A model generated the notes under the pieces. That model saw only the letters and a list, made by a program, of their open reading frames with translations. It did not search any database and had not been told where the DNA came from. The position numbers were made by a program, and so were the translations under genes. Below, one piece after another: positions 9,933-20,171 of a stretch of DNA of 64,000 bases (the first letter of the stretch is position 1; every line of letters starts with the position of its first letter). The DNA comes from an uncultured Clostridia bacterium (lineage in GTDB: Bacteria > Bacillota > Clostridia > Oscillospirales > CAG-382), in contig CALWBE010000057.1 of the NCBI GenBank assembly GCA_944375955.1, forward strand, positions 5,346 through 69,345, given 5' to 3'.

Positions 9933-11936
9933 TTATTTTTTTCCATCAAAAAAGCTGTCTATAGAATTTTTAAGAAGTTTTGTCGCTTCCTCAAGAGAAA
10001 TATCGCGAAGCAATGCGCCGGCCGCGTCAAAATGACCGCCTCCGCCTATTGATTCAAGTATGAGCTGTACGTTAATTTTCCCCGAAGAACGCGCTGAAAT
10101 GTTTATATTTCGTCCCACGGAGGCAAGTACGAATGTAGCTTCCACTCCTGATATATTCAGCAGTCTGTCTGCCGTTTTTGATGAGACAAGCTTGGTTTGA
10201 CTTGGATTGTCGGATTCAAGATCCGTAGAAGCGATTATAATATTTTCGCGGTATATGGAGATGTTGCGTTCTATGTCTGCTTCATAAAGAAATTCATCGA
10301 GATTTGTACGGAAAAAGCTTTGAGCCTCATTTGGGTCAGCACCCTGTGACCTGAGAAATAGAGCGGCGCTGAACGTACCGATACCGGTATTTTTCTTAAA
10401 ATTGTTAGTATCAAGAATTATGCCGGCAAATAAAAGTTCAGCTTCAATCTTTGTAAGCGACCCCTGAGGCATGGCAAATTCGGTGATTTCACTGATAAGT
10501 TCGGAAGCCGAAGATGCGGAAGGTTCGATATATGCTAACTTCGGCGGTATTACATATTCTTCCTGAACTTTGCGGTGATGGTCTATAATTACATAATTGA
10601 TACAGTTTTCATATAACTCGCGCGCCTCAAAAAGTTCAGGATTGTTAGTGTCGCAGATGATAAGAAGAGTATCCGAACGTAGCATATCCTGCGCCGACGG
10701 AGCATCGGTAAATAGCTCGTAATAATATTCAAGTCCTCTCAGTTTTGAAAAAATAGGCTTTAAATTTGCATCGTGAAGGTTTATTACTATTTTTACGCTT
10801 TTGCCGAGGAAAGTGGCAATTCTTGCCGCCGCAACACAGGAAGCTATACTGTCATGATCACAGAATTTGTGCCCCATTATTATAACATTGCCGCTTTGTT
10901 TGATAAGGTCGGTGAGTTCGCCGGCAATAACGCGTGAGCGTATTTTTGTCTTTTTCTGAACTGTTTTTGTTCTTCCGCCGTAATATTCGGTAGAGCTTGC
11001 AGTACGCAGTACGGCTTGATCGCCTCCGCGCTGAAGGGCAAGTTCAAGAGCGTTTCTTGCCGCCGTTTCTTTTTCTGCAAAAGAACCGTTTATATTGCTT
11101 ATACCTATAGAAGCGGTTATAGGAACCGTTGCGGTTTCAATTTCTGTTTCACGTATGCTGTCGAGAATATCAAATTTTGACGAGAGTATGCCGGGAAGAT
11201 GTTTTTCTTCAAAGACAAGCATATACCTGTCTCTTTCATATTCTTTTATCATTCCTCCAAGGTTTTTGCACCATTCCGAGACGATTCCCGCGACTCTTGC
11301 AGAGGCGCTGCGGTATTTGTCCTGCGAAAACGGCAGAGATTCGGTTATATTGTCAAGAACTAAGAAAGCAACTACCGCGTTTTTTTCATTCAGTTCGCGT
11401 TTTGCGTTTACAAGCTCAGACTTGTCGTCGAGAACTATCATGCAATACGGTTTTCCGACGGAATTCAGCGAATACCCGGAAACTTCATAATCAACTCCGT
11501 TATAGTTTAGAGAAAAAGTAGCTCCGGATTTAAGCTGTTCAATTCTTGACGGCGTAAAAACGGGATTTATTGTTTCAGCGGCGCTTTTGCCGTATAAGGA
11601 ATGACGGGATTCGGATTTCTGAATAAAAGCGGTGTTATACCAGTTTATTGTTCCGTCGGGGGATAAGATTACGGCCGGCGAACGGAAATTTGTGACAAAA
11701 TCAAGAGTAATACCCAATATTGCGCTGTTTTCCGAGTCAAGGCCGTTTGTCAGCATGTCACGGCGGAGAAGAATAAAAGCCGCGGCAATATAAACGATGA
11801 TGATAATAACTCCCAAAGGTATCAGCATTGGATTAATGATACCGCATATGACAGTATATACTACCAGCACCGCGATAGCGCACAGTATGCTTTTGCGCCA
11901 TGCCATTGCACGAAGCCTTTCAAGTAAGTCCTTCAA
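9933..11936 (-). CDS. gdpP: GdpP/YybT-like DHH/DHHA1 phosphodiesterase (probable c-di-AMP phosphodiesterase)
   Basis: Two N-terminal TM helices, a central degenerate GGDEF-like region, DHH motifs ('CDHDSIAS', 'IIDHHR') and DHHA1 'GGGGH'. Synteny with yybS and rplI-dnaB as in Bacillus. TTG start at 11936 (alternative ATG at 11906). Confidence 0.85.
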   Translation of the reverse strand: MKDLLERLRAMAWRKSILCAIAVLVVYTVICGIINPMLIPLGVIIIIVYIAAAFILLRRDMLTNGLDSENSAILGITLDFVTNFRSPAVILSPDGTINWYNTAFIQKSESRHSLYGKSAAETINPVFTPSRIEQLKSGATFSLNYNGVDYEVSGYSLNSVGKPYCMIVLDDKSELVNAKRELNEKNAVVAFLVLDNITESLPFSQDKYRSASARVAGIVSEWCKNLGGMIKEYERDRYMLVFEEKHLPGILSSKFDILDSIRETEIETATVPITASIGISNINGSFAEKETAARNALELALQRGGDQAVLRTASSTEYYGGRTKTVQKKTKIRSRVIAGELTDLIKQSGNVIIMGHKFCDHDSIASCVAAARIATFLGKSVKIVINLHDANLKPIFSKLRGLEYYYELFTDAPSAQDMLRSDTLLIICDTNNPELFEARELYENCINYVIIDHHRKVQEEYVIPPKLAYIEPSASSASELISEITEFAMPQGSLTKIEAELLFAGIILDTNNFKKNTGIGTFSAALFLRSQGADPNEAQSFFRTNLDEFLYEADIERNISIYRENIIIASTDLESDNPSQTKLVSSKTADRLLNISGVEATFVLASVGRNINISARSSGKINVQLILESIGGGGHFDAAGALLRDISLEEATKLLKNSIDSFFDGKK

Positions 11937-11991
11937 GGTTAATATACCTCCGATGACAGTTATAGTTAATTTTAAAAACTTTTTGCCTTAT

Positions 11992-12032
11992 ATTACTTAT
12001 GTTACTTATGTTACTTATGTTACTTATGTTAT
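11992..12032. repeat. 9-bp tandem repeat (GTTACTTAT) x about 4.5
   Basis: ATTACTTAT GTTACTTAT GTTACTTAT GTTACTTAT GTTAT. The last partial unit contains the yybS stop codon (12029-12031). Confidence 0.9.
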
Positions 12033-13117
12033 ATATTTTTTCCGCTGCTGCCGCCTGTGCGGGAAGTATTCGTTGTATAAAACATACCCAGCAGAATCAA
12101 AACGGTAACTCCGATATTTAAGAACAAAAACGCTATGAATACCGAGCAAATTTTTGCGATGCATATTGCGGATTTTGAAAAACCTCTTTTTGCGAGAACC
12201 TCACCTATTTGTTTTATTCCGCAAAGCATAAGCCCCGGAGCTATGATATAAGCTATATTCCGGAATCCGTATGCGGCTGCAGAATTTCCGGCAAACAGCA
12301 TGAAAAGAGAGGCGATAAAATAAACGATGACAGACGCGTAAGAAAGAGTTATTTCATACTTTTTACCTTCAAGCATTTTGCTGTCATTAAACAATTTCGC
12401 AAAAGGATTCAGAAGAGAAGCGGAAATGTAACTTGATATAAGACAAATTATAATAGTAATTGAAGGAATGAGGGTTTTTAAATTAAAGAATATATATTCT
12501 ATTAAAATGTTAAGATCGCTTTCAGAGATCTTGGTGTTAAATGGACCGGAATTCATTTTTTGGTCTTGAATGATTGTTTCCCTGAGAAGATCGTAATATT
12601 CGTTCATAAATTCAGATATGATCTTTAAAGAAATAACACCCTGCGCCCAAAGAACAAGAAATGATACGGCAATGTACAGAATAAAGACAATCGTACAGCC
12701 AATAACAGCCGAGGTTTTGGAGCATTCGGCTTTTTTGCAGACAGATATAAATATTGCAAAAGCCATTCCTGCCGAAAGAAGAACTCCGAGTGCTCCGGCA
12801 AAATTTTTAAAAACGATAATATTTCCGATAAACGTTATAATAAATGCGGAAATCGGAGCCGACAGCCTGAAGACATTGCCGGTTTTATGTGAAAAGACGG
12901 CATACAGAGGAGCCGCCAATATTGTGGCAGCGGTTGAAACAAGCGGCAGCGGCATGCCTGAAATACAAAAAAGAATAAAAGAGATAAACAGCAGTATAAA
13001 ATCAGACGGAGACAGTTTGGGAAGAGAAAAAGAAAAATATTTTTCGCTGTTCTGCTGTTCAGACAGCTGTTTTTGTTCTTTTTGGTCAGGAAGACAATTA
13101 TATCCAAAGTTAATCAA
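12029..13117 (-). CDS. YybS-like polytopic membrane protein (DUF2232)
   Basis: Multiple hydrophobic helices. Sits immediately upstream of gdpP, as yybS does in Bacillus. Confidence 0.7.
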   Translation of the reverse strand: MINFGYNCLPDQKEQKQLSEQQNSEKYFSFSLPKLSPSDFILLFISFILFCISGMPLPLVSTAATILAAPLYAVFSHKTGNVFRLSAPISAFIITFIGNIIVFKNFAGALGVLLSAGMAFAIFISVCKKAECSKTSAVIGCTIVFILYIAVSFLVLWAQGVISLKIISEFMNEYYDLLRETIIQDQKMNSGPFNTKISESDLNILIEYIFFNLKTLIPSITIIICLISSYISASLLNPFAKLFNDSKMLEGKKYEITLSYASVIVYFIASLFMLFAGNSAAAYGFRNIAYIIAPGLMLCGIKQIGEVLAKRGFSKSAICIAKICSVFIAFLFLNIGVTVLILLGMFYTTNTSRTGGSSGKNI

Positions 13118-13299
13118 AACGATCCTCCGAAAGAATTAAAGTAAGCTTAATTTGAACTTAAAATAAAACGAAATACCGAATACTTAACTGTATTTAGGAC
13201 AGAAACGCATCTGGAGATGATCCTCTAAATGCAGATGACTGAATAAAAAATTTTCAGCTTAAACTTAATATAATTTTAAGCGTTTGAGATTAGAAACAA

Positions 13300-15564
13300 T
13301 CAGAAATCAAATTTTACCTGTTTTGAATTGATATCATAATCATCAAGCAAAGTACCTGTGCTGGGCAGTTTTGATTTTCTGTATTTATCAAATTTTTTCA
13401 TTTCCTCAGAGCCGTCATCTGAGAAGAAAGAAACACTTTCAATTTTAAAGCCTTTTTTTAGTGTAAAAATATAAACTCCGGCGGCTGTACGGGTAGTTTT
13501 TGCGGCGAGCTGATCGGAATTTACTATGATTGCCTTGCCTTGTGTAGAGCGCACCATAAATTCACATGAAGGTTTTTTGCCTTGCTTTTCCGGGACAAAA
13601 AATATACCGACCGCAGGACTGTCGCCGCTGAAAGCATTAGTGAGCTTTTTGCGGTTCAGCTTAGTGGCGTAAGAGCTTAGCGGAACCAAAACCGCCTTGC
13701 CGTTTTCGAAGAAAAATGCGGCACTGCCCTTATAATCTCCGGCAAGGAGCATAGTGATAAGATTTTCACCGTCCTCAAAGCCGAGTTTTGCGGGAACATA
13801 TTCTCCCAGCATAGAAGGCTTTAAGGTTTCGAAATCGTCGGCTTTTGCCTTATATACCTGACACTTGTCTGTGAAAAACAGAAGTTCGCATTCACTGTCA
13901 GTGTCTTCACGGATTACAATATAATCGTTATCTTTTAGCTTTTGATCGCTGTTGTGAGGGAGGTTGCTTTTATAAGGGATAAGCTTTTTAAAATAACCTT
14001 CATGAGAAAGCAAAACAGTTACCGGATAAGCTTCAGTTTCCTGTTCGGGAGCTGAAGGCACATCATCGGTGTAAATAAGCTGTGTTTTTCTGGGTTTCGC
14101 GTATTTTTTCTTAATATCAGCAAGCTGTTTTGCAATTAATGAATGAATTTTTTTTGGAGAAGACAACTTTTCTTTTACGTCTTCTATATCTTTTTCAAGT
14201 TTTTCAGTTTCGGATGTACGCTTTAAGATATATTCACGGTTAAGATTGCGAAGTTTTATTTCGGCAATATATTCTGCCTGAACTTCGTCTATAGAAAAAC
14301 CTTTCATAAGGTTAGGAACAACTTGTTTTTCGTTTTCAGTTTCGCGTATTATTTTTATTGCCTTGTCTATATCCAGCAGCAGTTCTCTTAAACCGTAAAG
14401 CAGATGGAGTTTTTCTTCCATTCGGCAAAGATTGAAATAAAGTTCGCGTTTTACGCATTCGGAGCGCCAGGCTATCCATTCTTCAAGGATATCTCTTATG
14501 CCGAGAGTTTTAGGACTTCCTCCGATCAATATGTTGAAATTGCAGGGGAAAGCATCTTCAAGCGGAGTAGAACGAAACAGCTTTGAAATAAGCTTTTCAG
14601 GATCAGCTCCGCGTTTGAGATCTATTGTCAGTTTCATTCCCTGTATGTCAGTTTCATCACGGACGTCAGAAATTTCTTTAAACTTTCCTTCTTTCATCAG
14701 CTTTGCAATTTTAGATATAACTGCTTCTATCGTTGTAGTATAAGGAATCTGTGTAATTTCAATGCAGTTTTCCTTCTTGTTGAAGGAATATCTTGCGCGT
14801 ACTTTAAATGAACCTCTTCCAGTATCATATATGTTTTTCAGCTGTTCACGGTCATAAAGCAGAACGCCTCCGGTAGAAAAATCAGGAGCTTTTATTATAT
14901 CTAAAAGATCAGCTTCCGGATTTTTTATAAGCTCTACTGCGGCGTCGCAAACTTCGCCGAGATTGAACGAGCATATATTTGTCGCCATACCTACGGCAAT
15001 ACCAAGGTTTGCCGAAACAAGAATATTCGGGAAAGCGGTGGGAAGCAGGGTAGGCTCTTTCATTGTTCCGTCGTAATTGTCTGTAAAATCTACCGCATCA
15101 TGGTCTATGCCGCCGAAAATGGTTTCGCATATTTCATCAAGCTTGCACTCGGTATATCTTGATGCGGCATAAGCCATTGTGGAATAGCGCTTTCCGAAAG
15201 ATCCTTTCGAATCTATAAACGGGTGCAGCAGAGATTCATTTCCTCGCGTAAGACGGACAAGCGTCTCATATATAGAGGAATCACCATGAGGATGAAGATG
15301 CATAGTAGCGCCTACGACATTAGCAGATTTTGTTCTTGCGCCGTTCATGAGTCCCATATCATACATTGTGTATAAAAGCTTGCGCTGAGATGGTTTAAAA
15401 CCGTCTATTTCGGGTATAGCGCGAGAAATTATGACGCTCATGGCATAAGGCATGTAATTTACGCGCAGAGTATCTGTTATAGCCTGATCCTCTATAGGTG
15501 CGGGAGCAAGGAGCTCTGTACCGTTATTTGATTTGTTTTTCCTGGATGATTTTCTTTCTGCCAT
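13300..15564 (-). CDS. Type IIA topoisomerase subunit A (GyrA/ParC family, short 754-aa form)
   Basis: 'MPYAMSVIISRAIPEIDGFKPSQRKLLY', 'HPHGDSSIY', catalytic-Tyr context 'AASRYTE'. No B subunit is adjacent. Confidence 0.9.
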   Translation of the reverse strand: MAERKSSRKNKSNNGTELLAPAPIEDQAITDTLRVNYMPYAMSVIISRAIPEIDGFKPSQRKLLYTMYDMGLMNGARTKSANVVGATMHLHPHGDSSIYETLVRLTRGNESLLHPFIDSKGSFGKRYSTMAYAASRYTECKLDEICETIFGGIDHDAVDFTDNYDGTMKEPTLLPTAFPNILVSANLGIAVGMATNICSFNLGEVCDAAVELIKNPEADLLDIIKAPDFSTGGVLLYDREQLKNIYDTGRGSFKVRARYSFNKKENCIEITQIPYTTTIEAVISKIAKLMKEGKFKEISDVRDETDIQGMKLTIDLKRGADPEKLISKLFRSTPLEDAFPCNFNILIGGSPKTLGIRDILEEWIAWRSECVKRELYFNLCRMEEKLHLLYGLRELLLDIDKAIKIIRETENEKQVVPNLMKGFSIDEVQAEYIAEIKLRNLNREYILKRTSETEKLEKDIEDVKEKLSSPKKIHSLIAKQLADIKKKYAKPRKTQLIYTDDVPSAPEQETEAYPVTVLLSHEGYFKKLIPYKSNLPHNSDQKLKDNDYIVIREDTDSECELLFFTDKCQVYKAKADDFETLKPSMLGEYVPAKLGFEDGENLITMLLAGDYKGSAAFFFENGKAVLVPLSSYATKLNRKKLTNAFSGDSPAVGIFFVPEKQGKKPSCEFMVRSTQGKAIIVNSDQLAAKTTRTAAGVYIFTLKKGFKIESVSFFSDDGSEEMKKFDKYRKSKLPSTGTLLDDYDINSKQVKFDF

Positions 15565-15588
15565 AAATAGTTCCTTTGTACGGTAAAT

Positions 15589-16692
15589 TTAATCGTTGTC
15601 AAAAAGAGAGATCCCGTCGGCGCCGGACGGAGCTTTTGAGGTAGATTTTTCCGAAAGCGGTATTCCGAGATGTTCATAAGCTCGTGGCGTAGCGCATCTT
15701 CCGCGCGGCGTTCGGTTTAGAAATCCGAGCTGCAAAAGATATGGCTCGTATACGTCTTCCAGAGTCACTGCTTCTTCGCCTATTGTTGCCGATAAAGTCT
15801 CAAGACCTACAGGACCGCCTCCAAAATATTTTATTATTGAGGTAAGCATGCGTCTGTCGATGCTGTCAAGCCCCAGTTCATCTATATCCAAAAGCTTTAA
15901 AGCCTGATCTGCCATTTTCCCGTTTATAATTCCGTCGCCTTTTACCTGAGCGTAATCGCGGACCCTTTTTAAAAGACGGTTAGCGATACGCGGCGTGCCT
16001 CTTGATCTTCTTGCAATTTCTTTTGCGCCGTCCTCGGTAATAGGTACTTCAAGAATACCGGCGCTTCGCGATACAATTTCCGCAAGTTCGCTTTCGCTGT
16101 ACAGTTCGAGCCTGAGAAGATGTCCGAATCTGTCGCGCAGAGGAGACGTAAGCTGACCTGCGCGGGTAGTTGCTCCGATAAGGGTGAACTTTGGAAGAGG
16201 AAGCCTTATGCTTCTTGCTGAAGGACCTTTTCCCATAATTATATCAAGATTGAAATCTTCCATAGCCGGATAAAGTATTTCTTCTACCTGACGGGGAAGA
16301 CGATGTATTTCATCTATAAAAAGTATGTCGTTTTCTTTAAGATTTGTCAAAAGAGCGGCAAGGTCGCCCTGTTTTTCTATTGCCGGACCTGAGGTTATAC
16401 GTATGCCGGCTCCCATTTCAGATGCAATTATTGCGGAAAGGGTGGTTTTACCCAAGCCGGGCGGGCCGTGTAAAAGTATATGATCGAGACATTCTCCGCG
16501 CATTTTTGCAGCTTCCATTGATATTGCGAGCTTTTCCTTGACACCTTTTTGACCGATATATTCCGACAGAGTTTTAGGGCGCAGAGACAGCTCGTTTTCA
16601 TTGTCCTCGTTTATTTCACGCGAGCTTATTATTCGGTTTTCAAAGTCAAAGTCATTTTCACTGTAATTGTCAGGTCTTGTACTTTTTATCAA
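15589..16692 (-). CDS. ruvB: Holliday junction branch migration helicase RuvB
   Basis: '[12 protein letters not shown]', Walker A 'GPPGLGKTT', 'LFIDEIHRL', '[15 protein letters not shown]'. Confidence 0.96.
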   Translation of the reverse strand: MIKSTRPDNYSENDFDFENRIISSREINEDNENELSLRPKTLSEYIGQKGVKEKLAISMEAAKMRGECLDHILLHGPPGLGKTTLSAIIASEMGAGIRITSGPAIEKQGDLAALLTNLKENDILFIDEIHRLPRQVEEILYPAMEDFNLDIIMGKGPSARSIRLPLPKFTLIGATTRAGQLTSPLRDRFGHLLRLELYSESELAEIVSRSAGILEVPITEDGAKEIARRSRGTPRIANRLLKRVRDYAQVKGDGIINGKMADQALKLLDIDELGLDSIDRRMLTSIIKYFGGGPVGLETLSATIGEEAVTLEDVYEPYLLQLGFLNRTPRGRCATPRAYEHLGIPLSEKSTSKAPSGADGISLFDND

Positions 16693-16705
16693 AACAGGTG
16701 CTCCT

Positions 16706-17335
16706 TTACTTCATCAACAGGGTAAGTGCTTTCTTTATAATTTCTTCTACCGTGCCGTTTCCTGCGGCTCTTGCCGCTTTAGCTGCTTCGGATTTTGAAT
16801 ATCCGAGAACAGTGAGAGCGGATATCGCGTCGTTCATTGCCGAAGCCTGGCCTTTATATCCGGCTGATTCGGTTTCAGATATTGCGCCGGCTTCCGAAAC
16901 GGTTTTAGCTATCTTATCTTTTAATTCGATTATTACCTTTTGAGCTGTTTTCATGCCGATTCCGTTTGCGCGTGCAATAGCTTTTGCATCGTCGCCTGCG
17001 CATGCTGCTGCTATTTCAGCGGGAGTAAGAGCGGACAGAACCGACAGCGCTCCTTTCGGTCCTATGCCGGATACCGTTATAAGCAGCTTGAATATATCGC
17101 GTTCCTCTTCGTTGTAAAATCCGTAAAGCTCTTGAGAATCTTCTTTTACGGAAAAATATGCAAACAGCTTTTCCGTTTTTTCATCACACGAGCCATCGGG
17201 CATTGTTTCGTGACGGCGTGAGAGCTGTGCATATGTAGTAGCGCTTATCATCATCTGATATCCGACACCTCCGCAGTCAATTACTGCGTAATCCGGACGC
17301 AAATATGTGAGTTTTCCGTTAAGGTAGTAAAACAT
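16706..17335 (-). CDS. ruvA: Holliday junction DNA-binding protein RuvA
   Basis: 'MFYYLNGKL...VIDCGGVGY', HhH '[16 protein letters not shown]', '[16 protein letters not shown]'. Confidence 0.94.
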   Translation of the reverse strand: MFYYLNGKLTYLRPDYAVIDCGGVGYQMMISATTYAQLSRRHETMPDGSCDEKTEKLFAYFSVKEDSQELYGFYNEEERDIFKLLITVSGIGPKGALSVLSALTPAEIAAACAGDDAKAIARANGIGMKTAQKVIIELKDKIAKTVSEAGAISETESAGYKGQASAMNDAISALTVLGYSKSEAAKAARAAGNGTVEEIIKKALTLLMK

Positions 17336-17350
17336 AAAATCTCCGAAGTT

Positions 17351-17842
17351 TTATCTGAATTTAAAAAGAATTGACGATGAGCTGTATCCGTGACATATAG
17401 CGGCGGCAAGAGCGTCGGCTGTATCGTCCGGCTTGGGAGCGGATTTAAGACCGAGAAGAGTTGTCACCATTGCGATTATCTGATGCTTTTCCGCTCTGCC
17501 GTAACCTGTAACAGCCTGTTTTATCTGAAGCGGCGTATATTCAAATACCGGTACTCCCTGTCTTGAAACCGCAAGCAGTATAACTCCTCTTGCCTGACAG
17601 ACATTTACTGCCGTTTTGGCATTGCTGTTGAAAAAAAGTTCTTCTATTGCAACGGCATCGGGATGAAATTTGTCACAAAGCTCGCATATGCCGTCATATA
17701 TTTCGCACAGACGCAATTCGGTTTTCGTATTAGCGGGAGTCGTTATTGCACCGTACTCTATAGGAGTCAGAGCAGTTCCCTCGCAGCCGATCACTCCGAA
17801 GCCGACAATAGCGTATCCCGGGTCTATGCCCAAAATTATCAT
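17351..17842 (-). CDS. ruvC: Crossover junction endodeoxyribonuclease RuvC
   Basis: 'MIILGIDPG...GFGVI', 'AIEELFF', 'KQAVTGYGRAEK', 'DTADALAAAICH'. Confidence 0.94.
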   Translation of the reverse strand: MIILGIDPGYAIVGFGVIGCEGTALTPIEYGAITTPANTKTELRLCEIYDGICELCDKFHPDAVAIEELFFNSNAKTAVNVCQARGVILLAVSRQGVPVFEYTPLQIKQAVTGYGRAEKHQIIAMVTTLLGLKSAPKPDDTADALAAAICHGYSSSSILFKFR

Positions 17843-17968
17843 AAGGTATAAAACTCCATAATATATAATTTATACTATTATAATATTATAACATCCGGGA
17901 TCCTAAAAGTAAAGTAAAATTTTTCATAATTATAGATATAAAAGTAGTTTTATAGACAGTAAAAGGGA

Positions 17969-19933
17969 TTATTTTTTTATATCTCTTGAGGAAAGACGCA
18001 CTATTTCATCGCGGAGATATGCAGCGCGTTCGAAATCAAGCTTAGAGGAACACTCCTTCATTTCTGCCGTCAAAGCTGCAATAAGCTGCTGCTTTTCGCG
18101 GTCGGATAAAACTTTTTTTGACTTTTTGTCGGTTTTTGCAGATATTTCTATGATATCGCGCACTTCTTTTTTGACCGTTTTTGGAATTATACCATTGGCT
18201 TTGTTATAATCCTGCTGTTTTTTGCGCCGCCTGTTTGTTTCCGAGATTGCAGTTTTCATAGAATTTGTTATTGTATCAGCATACATTATAACCTTACCTT
18301 CGGAATTTCGAGCCGCGCGGCCTATAGTTTGAATAAGAGACGTCTCACTGCGCAGAAAACCTTCCTTGTCGGCGTCGAGAATTGCAACAAGGGAAACTTC
18401 GGGAATATCAAGTCCTTCGCGCAGAAGATTTATTCCGATAAGAACGTCAAAAACTCCGAGACGAAGATCGCGGATTATTTCCATTCTTTCGATGGTATCT
18501 ATGCCGAAATGCATATAACGGCATTTTATTTCGTTTTCTTCGAGATATTCGGTAAGATCCTCAGCCATTTTTTTGGTAAGAGTTGTCACAAGAACGCGTT
18601 CGTCTTTTGCTGAGCGAGTTCTTATTTCTCCGATAAGATCATCGATTTGACCGTCGACAGGACGAACTTCAATCTCCGGATCTACAAGACCTGTAGGTCT
18701 TATAAGCTGTTCTGAGATACTTTCGCTGTGTTTTTTTTCATAATCGCCGGGAGTTGCGCTGACAAATATAACCTGGTTAAGTTTTTGCTCGAATTCCTCA
18801 AAACGCAGAGGGCGGTTGTCAAATGCAGAGGGCAGACGAAAGCCGTATTCTATAAGATTCTTTTTTCTTGAATAGTCTCCTCCGTACATTCCGTGAACCT
18901 GAGGGAGAGTTACATGAGATTCATCTACAAACAAAAGAAAGTCATCCGGAAAATAATCAAGCAATGTATATGGCTGACTTCCGGGAGCGCGGCCGGCAAG
19001 CACGCGCGAATAGTTTTCGACTCCTGAACAATAACCTATTTCGGATATCATTTCGATATCGTATAAAGTTCGTTCGCGTATGCGCTGAGCCTCGATGAAT
19101 TTGTTCTGAGATTTAAAAAACGCTTCACGTTCTTCCATTTCAGCGCGTATTTCCGCCAGGGCGCGGTCACGCTTTTCGGGCGCAGTGATATAATGAGTGG
19201 CAGGATATATAGCGGCATATGATAAAGGACGTATAACAGAGCCTGTAACCGGATTGAATTCAGAAACGGCATCGATTTCATCTCCGAAGAATTCAACACG
19301 AATACCTATTGAAGATTCAGTAGAAAGACACAATTCAACGGTATCTCCTCTTATGCGAAACTTATTTCTTTCAAAAAGCATATCGTTTCGCTCATATCTC
19401 ATATCAACAAGTTTTTCGATAAAATTGTCTCTTGAGATAATGTTTCCGGGGCGGACTGCGAGGACAGAATGACGGTATTCTTCCGGATCTCCAAGCGAAT
19501 ATATGCAGGAGACGCTGGAAACGACGACTACGTCACGTCGTTCAAAAAGAGCGGATGTTGCACTGTGGCGCAGCTTATCTATTTCATCGTTTATTGAGCT
19601 GTCTTTTTCAATATAAGTATCCTTGCCGGGGATATATGCTTCAGGCTGATAGTAATCATAGTAAGATACGAAATATTCAACGGCATTTTCCGGAAAAAAT
19701 TCTCTGAATTCGGCGCAGAGTTGAGCTGCAAGGGTTTTATTGTGAGCGAGAACAAGCGTTGGGCGGTTGACATTTGCGATAACGTTAGCCATTGTAAAAG
19801 TTTTTCCGCTGCCTGTAACTCCGAGAAGTGTCTGAGCCTTTTTGCCTTCGAGCACCCCTTCAGTAAGCTCGCGTATTGCCTGCGGCTGATCTCCGGTAGG
19901 AGAAAAAGGGGATACGAGTTTAAATTTATCCAT
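17969..19933 (-). CDS. uvrB: Excinuclease ABC subunit B UvrB
   Basis: 'GDQPQAI', Walker A '[10 protein letters not shown]', '[13 protein letters not shown]', 'DESHVT', C-terminal UVR domain '[11 protein letters not shown]'. Confidence 0.97.
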   Translation of the reverse strand: MDKFKLVSPFSPTGDQPQAIRELTEGVLEGKKAQTLLGVTGSGKTFTMANVIANVNRPTLVLAHNKTLAAQLCAEFREFFPENAVEYFVSYYDYYQPEAYIPGKDTYIEKDSSINDEIDKLRHSATSALFERRDVVVVSSVSCIYSLGDPEEYRHSVLAVRPGNIISRDNFIEKLVDMRYERNDMLFERNKFRIRGDTVELCLSTESSIGIRVEFFGDEIDAVSEFNPVTGSVIRPLSYAAIYPATHYITAPEKRDRALAEIRAEMEEREAFFKSQNKFIEAQRIRERTLYDIEMISEIGYCSGVENYSRVLAGRAPGSQPYTLLDYFPDDFLLFVDESHVTLPQVHGMYGGDYSRKKNLIEYGFRLPSAFDNRPLRFEEFEQKLNQVIFVSATPGDYEKKHSESISEQLIRPTGLVDPEIEVRPVDGQIDDLIGEIRTRSAKDERVLVTTLTKKMAEDLTEYLEENEIKCRYMHFGIDTIERMEIIRDLRLGVFDVLIGINLLREGLDIPEVSLVAILDADKEGFLRSETSLIQTIGRAARNSEGKVIMYADTITNSMKTAISETNRRRKKQQDYNKANGIIPKTVKKEVRDIIEISAKTDKKSKKVLSDREKQQLIAALTAEMKECSSKLDFERAAYLRDEIVRLSSRDIKK

Positions 19934-20171
19934 AAATAGTCCTTTAATAAAAAAATAAAAATGAATTGTTTACAACGATATTTTAGCATATTGTTTGTGC
20001 GTTTTCAACTGTATATAGGATTAAATATCTGAAAAACTAAAATTCGGCAGAAAAACGGTAATTTGTTAAAGTAATATATCACATTTATTAAAAATTTAGG
20101 AAGAAATAACTGATAAAATAACCACGAAATGATGCGTATAACCGATAAAAAATTAAAAATGGAGAATTATT

